This document shows, piece after piece, positions 10,186-21,400 of a DNA stretch of 31,053 nt. Within the stretch, counting starts at the first letter, position 1. The number at the start of each line of letters is the position of its first letter. The stretch is from NCBI GenBank assembly GCA_964016885.1, contig CAXHJY010000373.1, forward strand, positions 1 to 31,053. The letters run 5' to 3'. Source of the stretch: Eledone cirrhosa. Taxonomy: Eukaryota. Position numbers and translations under genes: made by a program. Under the pieces are notes generated by a model, which made no database searches, was not told the DNA's origin, and saw only the letters and a program-made list of their open reading frames with translations.

Positions 10186-10999
10186 CTAGCAGCTGAGCCC
10201 AGTTGCACCCGGGGCCACTTATTATTAAGTTAATAATTTGAAAAATATTATTGAAAGTTTATTATAAAGAAACAGTTTCAGGAAAAAAAATAGAAATATG
10301 CACTTGGGGCTGTACGGCGTATAATGAGAAGAGGAGCGACGTGAAAAGCGTTGTTTATTAACAGCGAAATAGCAATGTCGATGATATGCAATTTGAAAAA
10401 TACTACTGGTGATTAACATGTATTAGAATTAAAATAAAAACACGCGTCCCTTCTTCGCAATTTAAGGGTTTTATTTCTTTTGATGGAAAACAGTGACCGT
10501 ACTGCAGAATCGATTTCATAAAACGGTACTGTATGATCATTAAATGTAGAAGGATGATAGTTTATTAAAAGCGAAATAGCAATGTCAATGATATGCAAGT
10601 TTAAAAATGCATATTATGAAGGTTTGTATGATAGTTTACACTTTTTCCTGAAACTGCTTCTTTATAATAAACTTTCAATAATATTTTTCAAATTATTGGT
10701 ACTGTATGTTAACAGCGAAAGAACGTTGATGAGTTTAAAAATGTGTATGAAATTGTAAATAACTCAGCCAAGTATTAGAACAGGGGGAAATAACTCACCG
10801 AACGCGATAGTAAATAGACCGTTTGGGGGCCCTAGGGACCACATTTTTCAAGTTAGAGATTTGAAACCTCGTCTATTTGCTTCCTTGGCACATTTTACAT
10901 AGGTGTGTAAATTATCATGTCCGTCCGACCACGTCTACTACCATTTAACCGTGCACATCTGAATTTCAACCACCACCCATTTCACAAATATATATTAGA
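10186..10999 (-). mobile_element. Non-autonomous Helitron on the minus strand
   Basis: The minus strand starts A|TCTAATATATATTTG and ends CCCGGGTGCAACTGGGCTCAGCTGCTAG|T, matching the canonical A/T insertion context. It shares GCCAAGGAA..AAATAGACG.GGTTTCAAATCTCTA with 8639-8673. Confidence 0.8.
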
Positions 11000-11011
11000 T
11001 ATATATCTTTT

Positions 11012-11105
11012 ACTGGCATTTGAACTCAGAACGTAAAGGGCCTTAACTATGTGCCGCAAAGTATATTGCCCGACGCTCTACCGATTCTGAGACAATCCAC
11101 CGCCA
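11012..11105 (-). mobile_element. SINE 5' fragment
   Basis: The reverse complement contains CTTTACGTTCTGAGTTCAAATGCC, matching positions 17-40. Confidence 0.6.
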
Positions 11106-11221
11106 GCCAGAACAAATATTTGAAAGGCATCACGTTCGTCGTTGTAACTATTCCGGTGATATTTAACCGATTAAAGTCTACCATCCCTGATATTATCTAG
11201 CCTACCCTTCAGTGTCAAATA

Positions 11222-11511
11222 AGAGAGTAAGTCAAAAATTATCCCCACTTTCGTCATAATATATCTTTAGGTTTGTCACACTATCTTTTGCTCATGCATG
11301 CTTATAGTTGATACTATTGGGGTCACGTGATTGAAGTCTGAACTCCACTGCTAGCGGTGTAACAACAGCAAGAAAACTGGCGCGATCATGCTCAAACTTC
11401 AATCAGGTGAGCACAACAGTACCAACTATTAGCACACTTCAGCAAAAAGCAGTGTGACATACCTAAAGATATGTCATGGTGAATGTGCGGATAATTGTTG
11501 ACTTACCCTCG
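11222..11511. mobile_element. Tc1/mariner-derived MITE (about 290 bp, about 70 bp imperfect TIRs, TA target duplication)
   Basis: Left end GAGAGTAAGTCAAAAATTATCC...CTTTTGCT matches the reverse complement of the right end, GAGGGTAAGTCAACAATTATCC...TTTTTGCT. TA flanks at 11220-11221 and 11512-11513. The CGAGGG terminus is typical of mariners. Confidence 0.85.
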
Positions 11512-11817
11512 TATGTACCACACACACAGATATATAACTGATGTCTGTGTACTTGATGTCCACTTTCTTGCCGTACATACAACTACTGATCTCTAATTCC
11601 CCTGTGAGCAAAATCTATACTGGGAGAAAAAAAAAGATATTACAAATTACAACAAAAGTAGCAACAGCAATATTTGAGGAAATAGAAAAATAACAACAAA
11701 AGTCAGGCTACTTGGGCCTAGCCACTTGTGGCGTTAAGTGTTACAAGAAACTATTCTTTGAGGAATAAAACTTTAGTAAAACGTAGCATTTCCTCGGGCT
11801 AAATCACCTGGCACATT

Positions 11818-11975
11818 TGTGTGTATGTACATATATATGTGTAAGTGTGTGTGTGTGTGTGCATATGTGTAAGTGCATGTGTATGTGAGAGTTTGTGTGT
11901 TTTGTGTGTGTGTGTAAGTATGTGTGTGTATGTGTGTATGTATGTGAGTGCATGCGTATGTGTGTGTGTGTGTGT
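11818..11975. repeat. Degenerate (TG)n/(TA)n microsatellite
   Basis: Directly visible. Confidence 0.85.
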
Positions 11976-12251
11976 AAGACACTTCCAAATCTATAATGGT
12001 TTACGTTAATACATTATTATATGGTATTCGGCTTTTTTTACGTTTTTAGTTTTCTTTTACACCCACACATACGCACAGATATATCTATATATATATATAT
12101 ATTTATTAAAATAACAGATTAAAGTTTAAGCAAAGAATCGCTACTTTCACCCTTAACGGGCTCTTCTGAAACTAACAAAGTTAATCCGTGAACGCAGAAG
12201 TGGATATTTCAAAAAACGTTGCAACCGGAGGAAGACAGGAAGACGATAGTT

Positions 12252-12530
12252 TGGTTCGTGGAAACGTTCCCTGGCAAAGAACGAAAAAAAACGAATATAA
12301 TACGTCATTAATAGGAGAGGTGAAAAACAATTACACGCAAAGACAGAACCACGTTTATGGTATAAAAGAAGTCGTAGACTAATATTCTATTAGGTGGTTC
12401 ATAGAGACGTTCCCTGGCAATGAACGGAAAAAAACGAAGATAATACGTCATATGTGGAGCGTGGAGAAGAATTGCACGCAAAGACAAAACCACGTAAATG
12501 GTATAACTGAAGTCGTAGACCAAAATTCTA
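12252..12530. repeat. Diverged tandem duplication with a period of about 143 bp
   Basis: TGGTTC..ACGTTCCCTGGCAA..ATAATACGTCAT..GAAGTCGTAGAC starts at both 12252 and 12395. Confidence 0.85.
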
Positions 12531-12687
12531 ACTAGGAAACCGAATGATTCTCGGCTTCAGAGTTAAGAATAAAGTAAATAAAATACAGAGGTAATTGAAA
12601 TTAAATAAATACACGCATCCATATACGTACATACACAAGCATACGCGTTAACACTCGCCATAGGTATACAAATACACGCACATATAA

Positions 12688-12690
<3 letters not shown>

Positions 12691-12745
<55 letters not shown>
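12691..12745. repeat. (TG)n microsatellite
   Basis: Pure tract. Confidence 0.95.
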
Positions 12746-12747
<2 letters not shown>

Positions 12748-12927
12748 AAATAATTAAATAAACGTATATAAATAAATAAATACGTATATAACAAGCGCAC
12801 ACACATACCTACAGACGCAAAACTCACGTATACACATAACCAAAAGCATATGTACCAGAATATATAAAAATATACGCCATAAAATATACAATCAAATATA
12901 CGTACGAGAAAGTATACGTACCTTCAC

Positions 12928-13083
12928 AAAACATACAGGTAATATATACTTACCTATGCAAATAAGTAATGGTATAAACATATGTTATGATTATACCATT
13001 ACTTATTTGCATAGGTAAGTATATATTACCTGTTTATACCATTACTTATTTGCATAGGTAAGTATATATTACCTGTATGTTTT
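12928..13083. repeat. Perfect 53-bp inverted repeat with an extra 43-bp copy in the spacer
   Basis: 12928-12980 is the exact reverse complement of 13031-13083. 12991-13033 repeats most of the right arm. Confidence 0.92.
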
Positions 13084-13204
13084 TTACACAGGGGTTTAGT
13101 TTGTATTAACTTTCTGAATTGTACAGATTGATGCATGAAATTCTGATAGAAGTTAAAGGACATAATGGAAATTATTTTGCACTCGTCAATCCTTGTCACA
13201 CCTC

Positions 13205-13266
13205 TACATTACTTATGAAAATTTACATCTTTCAAATGGCGACCCCTGTGTGACGTTTGGGCCACC

Positions 13267-13269
<3 letters not shown>
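13205..13269. mobile_element. Solo Tc1/mariner-like terminus
   Basis: Ends TTTGGGCCACCCTG|TA (reverse complement TA-CAGGGTGGCCCAAA). No matching second end was found. Confidence 0.45.
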
Positions 13270-13332
<63 letters not shown>

Positions 13333-13419
13333 AAATATATATATATATATAAAAATATCGTATATATATATATATACGATATTTTTTCCACTAGAGTTAA
13401 CCTGATAATATCTTGTTAC

Positions 13420-13700
13420 TCGCGCCATCAGAAATTCGGTGAGCCAGAGATCTGCCCATTGGAACAGCGGGTCCATTGCTCAACATGCTAACAAGTACAA
13501 GCTGTGAAGTTACCATCCGATCTTCAATAGATCATCGTTGAAACCATAGTGATTGAAACATCTGGTGTCCTAAGTCCTCGATCCAACTGCTTATTTACAA
13601 CAATCGGGGTGAAGATGGTTGTCATTAAGGACGAGTACCACGAGGTTAAATGACTCTTTCTGCTCATCACCCTCGCATTATTCCATAAGTTCACTGGAAC
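13420..13700 (+). pseudogene. Relic of the C-terminal restriction-like endonuclease region of a CRE-type non-LTR retrotransposon
   Basis: Manual translation from 13540 gives ETIVIETSGVLSPRSNCLFTTIGVKMVVIKDEYHEVK*LFLLITLAL. This resembles the PIAVETxGxxG..IGxK..DxRExxxLFQRISLA terminus of such elements as I recall it. Confidence 0.45.
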
Positions 13701-13844
13701 TATGAAGCAACATCTAGCTGATATTTTCAAAAGACAATAGAGGATAAATAGAGGACAATAGAGGTATAAAAATAGTGTTAGAAGACATTTATAAATGAGA
13801 TATACGAGTATATAAGAACAAATGTAGGCAGTGAATAAGCAATA

Positions 13845-13984
13845 TCGTTAGAACGTCAGAGAGAATGTTTTGCGGGATTCGTTCCCGCTCTCTGCTTTCT
13901 GAACTCAAATTCTGCCGATGTCAACTTTGCCTTACATGCTTTCGAAGTTGATAACAAATGTACCAGACTAATACTGGGGTCGAT
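13845..13984 (+). mobile_element. Diverged SINE copy
   Basis: TCTGAACTCAAATTCTGCCGATGTCAACTTTGCCTTACATGC..GTACCAG..TACTGGGGTCGAT aligns with positions 26-106. Confidence 0.65.
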
Positions 13985-14009
13985 TTTTCTCTATATCTCT
14001 TTCTCATTT

Positions 14010-14012
<3 letters not shown>

Positions 14013-14087
<75 letters not shown>
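14013..14087. repeat. (CT)n microsatellite
   Basis: Pure tract. Confidence 0.95.
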
Positions 14088-14091
<4 letters not shown>

Positions 14092-14509
14092 CTATCTTTC
14101 TCTGGAAGAAATATGCTGTACTCAGGTCTGGAGAGGGATGGGCTCCACCAGGTTTTAAAAACCTCCTTAGAAACGCCATATTTTAATATGATGCCCCCCT
14201 ACGACTCAATAAAAAGTTACGGGTACGTACACACATATTTATGAACATTGTTGCTTACAAAATGTGATGGAAAAGAATTCAAAATCTTTCCTGTTTGAGA
14301 AACGAAATATCAGCAGGAATGGATGGGTGGATGTTGGGTTGTTAAAGAACCCCACAAACTGTCAGATAGAGAAGCCGACTGTAAGACAAATAGATAGAAC
14401 GGGTAGATAAAGAGGCAATAATAAACTTTCGTGTTTGTCGAACAAATAAACAACTTATCCAAAATACTCATTGATATTCTGATGAATAATTCAAACATTT
14501 ACATTGCTT

Positions 14510-15002
14510 TTGGTTGTTGTTGTTGTTGTTGTTGCTGTTGTTGTTTCTACCGTTTTGTTGACGTGCTGATTGTTGTTGCTCTTGTTATTGTTGCTGGGTT
14601 TGTTGTTGCTGTTGTTGCTGCTGTTGTAATTGTTACTGCTGTTATTGTTGTTGTTGTTGTTGTTGTTATTATTGTTGCTGCTGTTATTGTTGTTGTTGTA
14701 ATTGTTGTTGTAATTGTTGTTGTTGTAATTGTTGTTGTTGTAATTGTTGTTATTGTTGTTGTAATTGTTGTTATTGCTGCTGCTGCTGCTGCTGTTATTG
14801 TTGTTATTGTTGTTGCTGTAATTGTTGTTATTGTTGTTGTAAATATGTATTGCTGTTTGTTGACGTGCTGCTTGTTATTGTTGCAGTTGTTGCTGCTGTT
14901 GTATCTGCTATGTCTCTTACCTTTGTTATCAACGGTGTTATCATTGCTGTCGTTGTTGTTTGTTTGTTTGTTTTGTTGTTGTTGTTTTATGTTGTTGTTG
15001 TT
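14510..15002. repeat. Degenerate (GTT)n/(GCT)n/(ATT)n trinucleotide tract
   Basis: Directly visible; it explains the poly-V and poly-T ORFs. Confidence 0.9.
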
Positions 15003-15456
15003 AAGGTAGGCGTTGATGTTATTGCAGTCGTTATCTATCACACCGACAAGGCTGTTATATCAATATGTTCTCTATGGTGAATTCTAAGTCAAAACATTGT
15101 CTAAAAAATGTTAAGAAAACCTAACAGCAACAACAACACCGCCGCCGCCACCACCAACAACACTGCCAGGAGTGGGGGGGGGGGTAAAATGAGGCTTGGG
15201 AATTCAAAACATACACAGGCTGTATGACTGTCAGTTTATGTATATGTGTGTGCACGCATGTATGTGTGTGTCTGTGTGTGTGTCTGTGCTTGTCTGTGTG
15301 CATGTCTGTGTGTGTGTGTAATAAATAGGTATGTAATATGTATCTCTCTCTTTATTTGTATATATATATATACATATATACACTCACATACAATATAAAT
15401 TTATATATGTATGTATAATACACATTTTATGACAAATTATTCGTAAACTCTAAATA

Positions 15457-18400
15457 TGTTGGTCTGTTGGTCTTTTGATCAGTTGGTGTGTTAATGTGTT
15501 GGTGTGTTGGTGTGTTGGTGTGTTGGTGTGTTGGTGTGTTGGAGGGAGGGTTGGTGTGTGGTGTATTGAAGGGAGGGTTGGTGTGTTGGTGTGTTAATGT
15601 GTTGGTGTGTTGGTGTGTCGAAGGTGGGGTTGGTGTGTTGGTGTGTTAATGTGTTGGTGTGTTGGTGTGTTGAAGGGAGGGTTGGTGTGTTGGAGGGAGG
15701 GTTGGTGTGTGGTGTATTGAAGGAAGGGTTGGTGTGTTGGTGTGTTAATGTGTTGGTGTGTTGGTGTGTTGAAGGGAGGGCTGGTGTGTGGTGTATTGAA
15801 GGGAGGGTTGGTGTGTTGGTGTGTTAATGTGTTGGTGTGTTGGTGTGTTGGAGGGAGGGTAAGTGTGTTGGTGTGTTAATGTGTTGGTGTGTTGGTGTGT
15901 TGAAGGGAGGGTTGGTGTGTTGGAGGGAGGGTTGGTGTGTGGTGTATTGAAGGGAGGGTTGGTGTGTTGGTGTGTTAATGTGTTGGTGTGTTGGTGTATT
16001 GAAGGGAGGGTTGGTGTGTTGGTGTGTTAATGTGTTGGTGTATTGGTGTGTTGAAGGCAGGGTTGGTGTGTTGGAGGGAGGGTTGGTGTGTGGTGTGTTA
16101 ATGTGTTGGTGTGTGGTGTATTGAAGGGAGGGTTGGTGTGTTGGTGTGTTAATGTGTTGGTTTGTTGGTGTATTGAAGGGAGGGTTGGTGTGTTGGTGTG
16201 TTAATGAGTTGGTGTATTGGTGTGTTGAAGGCAGGGTTGGTGTGTTGGAGGGAGGGTTGGTGTGTGGTGTATTGAAGAGAGGGTTGGTGTGTTGGTGTGT
16301 TAATGTGTTGGTGTATTGGTGTGTTGAAGGCAGGGTTGGTGTGTTGGAGGGAGGGTTGGTGTGTGGTGTGTTAATGTGTTGGTGTGTGGTGTATTGAAGG
16401 GAGGGTTGGTGTGTTGGTGTGTTAATGTGTTGGTGTATTGGTGTGTTGAAGGCAGGGTTGGTGTGTTGGAGGGAGGGTTGGTGTGTGGTGTGTTAATGTG
16501 TTGGTGTGTGTTGTATTGAAGGGAGGGTTGGTGTGACGGGGGGAGGGATGGTGTGTTGGTGTGTTGAAGGGAGGGTTGGTGTGTTGGAGGGAGGGTTGGT
16601 GTGTTGGAGGGAGGGTTGGTGTGTGGTGTGTTAATGTGTTGGTGTGTGTTGTATTGAAGGGAGGGTTGGTGTGACGGGGGGAGGGATGGTGTGTTGGTGT
16701 ATTGAAGGGAGGGTTGGTGTGTAGGTGTATTGGTGTGTTGGTGTATTGGAGGGAGGGTTGGTGTGTTGGAGGAAGGGTTGGTGTGTTGGGAGCGCGTATG
16801 TAAGAAGGGTTGGTGTATTGGAGGGAGGGTGGGTGTGTTGGAGGTAAGGTTGGTGTGTTGGATGGAGGGTTGGTGTTTTGGTATGTTGGGGGAGGGTTGG
16901 TGTGTTGAAGGAAGGGTTGGGGTCTTGGAGGGAGGTTTGATGTTTTGCAGGAAGGGTTGGTGTGTTGGTGTGTTGGAGGCAGGGTTGGTGTGTTGGAGGA
17001 AGCGTTGGTGTGTTGGAGGGAGGGTTGGTGTGTTGGAGGAAGGGTTGGTGTGTTGGAGGGAGGGTTGGTGTGCTGGAGGGAGGATTGGTGTGTTGGTGTG
17101 TTGGAGGAAGGGTTGGTGTGTTGGAGGGAGGGTTGGTGTGCTGGAGGGAGGATTGGTGTGTTGGTGTGTTGGAGGAAGGGTTGGTGTGTTGGAGGGAGGG
17201 TTGGTGTGTTGGAGGAAGGGTTAGTGTGTTGGAGGAAGCGTTGGTGTGTTGAAGGATGGGTTGGTGTGTTGGACGGAGGGTTGGTGTTTTGCAGGAAGGG
17301 TTGATGTGTTGCAGGAAGCGTTGGTGTGTTGGTGTGTTGGAGGCAGGGTTGGTGTGTTGGAGGAAGCGTTGGTGTGTTGGTGTGTTGGAGGCAGGGTTGG
17401 TGTGTTGGAGGAAGCGTTGGTGTGTTGGACGGAGGGTTAGTGTGTTGGAGGGAGGGTTGGTGTGTTGGAGGTAGGATTGGTGTGTTGGATGGAGGGTTGG
17501 TGTGTTGGTGTGTTGAAGGAAGGGTTGGTGTGTTGGAGGGAGGATTGGTGTGTTGGTGTGTTGGAGGAAGGGTTGGTGTGTTGGAGGGAGGGTTGGTGTG
17601 TTGGAGGAAGGGTTGGTGTGTTGGAGGGAGGGTTGGTGTGTTGGAGGAAGGGTTGGTGTGCTGGAGAGAGGTTTGGTGTGTTGGAGGAAGGGTTGGTGTG
17701 TTGGAGGAAGGGTTGGTGTGTTAATGTGTTGGTGTGTTGGTGTGTTGGTGTGTTAATGTGTTGGTGTGTTGGTGTATTGAAGGGAGGGTTGGTGTGTTGG
17801 TGTGTTAATGTGTTGGTGTATTGGTGTGTTGAAGGCAGGGTTGGTGTGTTGGAGGGAGGGTTGGTGTGTGGTGTGTTAATGTGTTGGTGTGTGGTGTATT
17901 GAAGGGAGGGTTGGTGTGTTGGTGTGTTAATGTGTTGGTTTGTTGGTGTATTGAAGGGAGGGTTGGTGTGTTGGTGTGTTAATGTGTTGGTGTATTGGTG
18001 TGTTGAAGGCAGGGTTGGTGTGTTGGAGGGAGGGTTGGTGTGTGGTGTGTTAATGTGTTGGTGTGTGGTGTATTGAAGGGAGGGTTGGTGTGTTGGTGTG
18101 TTAATGTGTTGGTGTATTGGTGTGTTGAAGGCAGGGTTGGTGTGTTGGAGGGAGGGTTGGTGTGTGGTGTGTTAATGTGTTGGTGTGTGGTGTATTGAAG
18201 GGAGGGTTGGTGTGTTGGTGTGTTAATGTGTTGGTGTATTGGTGTGTTGAAGGCAGGGTTGGTGTGTTGGAGGGAGGGTTGGTGTGTGGTGTGTTAATGT
18301 GTTGGTGTGTGTTGTATTGAAGGGAGGGTTGGTGTGACGGGGGGAGGGATGGTGTGTTGGTGTGTTGAAGGGAGGGTTGGTGTGTTGGAGGGAGGGTTGG

Positions 18401-21400
18401 TGTGTTGGAGGGAGGGTTGGTGTGTGGTGTGTTAATGTGTTGGTGTGTGTTGTATTGAAGGGAGGGTTGGTGTGACGGGGGGAGGGATGGTGTGTTGGTG
18501 TATTGAAGGGAGGGTTGGTGTGTAGGTGTATTGGTGTGTTGGTGTATTGGAGGGAGGGTTGGTGTGTTGGAGGAAGGGTTGGTGTGTTGGTGTGTTGGGG
18601 GAGGGTTGGTGTTTTGGAGGAAGGGTTGGTGTGTTGGGAGCGCGTATGTAGGAAGGGTTGGTGTATTGGAGGGAGGGTGGGTGTGTTGGAGGTAAGGTTG
18701 GTGTGTTGGATGGAGGGTTGGTGTTTTGGTATGTTGGGGGAGGGTTGGTGTGTTGAAGGAAGGGTTGGGGTCTTGGAGGGAGGTTTGATGTTTTGCAGGA
18801 AGGGTTGGTGTGTTGGTGTGTTGGAGGCAGGGTTGGTGTGTTGGAGGAAGCGTTGGTGTGTTGGACGGAGGGTTGGTGTGTTGGTATGTTGGAGGATGGG
18901 TTGGTGTGTTGGTGTGTTGGAGGAAGGGTTGGTGTATTGGAGGAAGGGTTGGTGTGCTGGAGGGAGGATTGGTGTGTTGGTGCGTTGGAGGAAGGGTTGG
19001 TGTGCTGGAGGGAGGATTGGTGTGTTGGTGTGTTGGAGGGAGGGTTGGTGTGCTGGAGGGAGGATTGGTGTGTTGGTGTGTTGGAGGAAGGGTTGGTGTG
19101 TTGGAGGGAGGGTTGGTGTGCTGGAGGGAGGATTGGTGTGTTGGTGTGTTGGAGGGAGGGTTGGTGTGCTGGAGGGAGGATTGGTGTGTTGGTGTGTTGG
19201 AGGGAGGGTTGGTGTGTTGGAGGAAGGGTTGGTGTGTTGGAGGGAGGGTTGGTGTGCTGGAGGGAGGATTGGTGTGTTGGTGTGTTGGAGGAAGGGTTCG
19301 TGTGTTGGAGGGAGGGTTGGTGTGCTGGAGGGAGGATTGGTGTGTTGGTGTGTTGAAGGAAGGGTTGGTGTGTTGGAGGGAGGGTTCGTGTGTTGGAGGA
19401 AGGGTTAGTGTGTTGGAGGAAGCGTTGGTGTGTTGGAGGATGGGTTGGTGTGTTGGACGGAGGGTTGGTGTTTTGCAGGAAGGGTTGATGTGTTGGAGGA
19501 AGCGTTGGTGTGTTGGTGTGTTGGAGGCAGGGTTGGTGTGTTGGAGGAAGCGTTGGTGTGTTGGTGTGTTGGAGGCAGGGTTGGTGTGTTGGAGGAAGCG
19601 TTGGTGTGTTGGACGGAGGGTTAGTGTGTTGGAGGGAGGGTTGGTGTGTTGGAGGTAGGATTGGTGTGTTGGATGGAGGGTTGGTGTGTTGGTGTGTTGA
19701 AGGAAGGGTTGGTGTGTTGGAGGGAGGATTGGTGTGTTGGTGTGTTGGAGGAAGGGTTGGTGTGTTGGAGGGAGGGTTGGTGTGTTGGAGGTAGGATTGG
19801 TGTGTTGGATGGAGGGTTGGTGTGTTGGTGTGTTGAAGGAAGGGTTGGTGTGTTGGAGGGAGGATTGGTGTGTTGGTGTGTTGGAGGAAGGGTTGGTGTG
19901 TTGGAGGGAGGGTTGGTGTGTTGGAGGAAGGGTTGGTGTGTTGGAGGGAGGGTTGGTGTGTTGGAGGAAGGGTTGGTGTGCTGGAGAGAGGTTTGGTGTG
20001 TTGGAGGAAGGGTTGGTGTGTTGGAGGAAGGGTTGGTGTGTTGGTGTGTTGGAGGAAGGGTTGGTGTGTTGGACGGAGGGTTGGTGTGTTGGAGAGAAGG
20101 TTGGTGTTTTGAACGTAGGATTGGTGTGTTGGATGGAGGTTTGGTGTGTTGGTATGTCGGGGGAAGGGTTGGTGTGTTGGTGTGTTGGAGGAAGGGTTGG
20201 TGTGTTGGAGGAAGGGATGGTGTGCTAGAGGGAGTGTTGCTGTGTTGGAGGAAGGGTTGGTGTGTTGGAAGAAGGGTTGGTGTGTTGGGGGAGGGTTGGT
20301 GTGTTGGAGGAAGGGTTGGTGGGTTGGTGTGTTGGAGGGAGGGTTGGTGTGTTGGTGGAAGTGTTGGTGCGTTGGAGGAAGGGTTGGCGTGTTCGAGGGA
20401 GTGTTGGTGTTTTGGTGGAAGGGTTGGCGTGTTGGTGTGTTGGAGGGAGGGCTCGTGTGTTGGAGGAAGGATTGGTGTATTGGAGGGAGTGTTGGTGGGT
20501 TAGAGGGAGGGGTGTTGTCTTGGAGGAAGGGTTGTTGTGTGGGCTGAAGGGTTGGTGTATTAGAGGAAGGGTTGATGTGTTGGAGGAAGGGTTAGTGTGT
20601 TGGAGGGAGGGTTGGTCTGCTGGAGGAAGAGTTGTTGTGTTGGAGAGAGGGTTGGTGTGTTGGAGGGAGGGTCGGTGTGTTGGAGGAAGAGTTGTTGTGT
20701 TGGAGAGAGGGTTGGTGTGTTGGAGGGAGGGATCGTGTGTTGGAGGAAGGGTTGTTGTGTTTGAGGGAGGGTTGGTGTGTTGGTGTGTCTGAGGAAGGTT
20801 GGGTGTGTTTGAGAAAGCGATGGTGTGTTGTTGTTTTAGTGTATTGGTGTGTTGGAGGAAGGTTTGGTGTGTTGCTGTGTTAGTGTATTGGTGTGCTAGA
20901 GGAAGGGTTGGTGTGTTGTTGTGTTAGTGTATTGGTGTGTTGGAAGAAGGGTTGGTGTGTTGGTGTGTTAGTGTATTGGTGTGTTGGAGGAATGGTTGGT
21001 GTGTTGGAGGAAGTGTTGGTGTGTTGGTGTGTTAATGTATTGGTGTGTTGGAGGAAGTGTTGGTGTGTTGGTGTGCTAGTGTATTGGTGTGTTAGAAGAA
21101 GGGTTGGTGTGTTGGTGTGTTAGTGTATTGGTGTGTTAGAAGAAGGGTTGGTGTGTTGGTGTGTTAGTGTATTGGTGTGTTGGAGGAACGGTTGGTGTGT
21201 TGGTGTGTTAGTGTATTGGTGTGTTAGAAGAAGGGTTGGTGTGTTGGTGTGTTAGTGTATTGGTGTGTTAGAAGAAGGGTTGGTGTGTTAGAAGAAGGGT
21301 TGGTGTGTTAGAAGAAGGGTTGGTGTGTTGGTGTGTTAGTGTATTGGTGTGTTGGAGGAAGTGTTGGTATGTTGGTGTGCTAGTGTATTGGTGTGTTAGA

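Noticed and set aside
14431-15080. Poly-Val membrane-like and poly-Thr mucin-like ORFs
   Set aside because: Trinucleotide microsatellite with no domain content.
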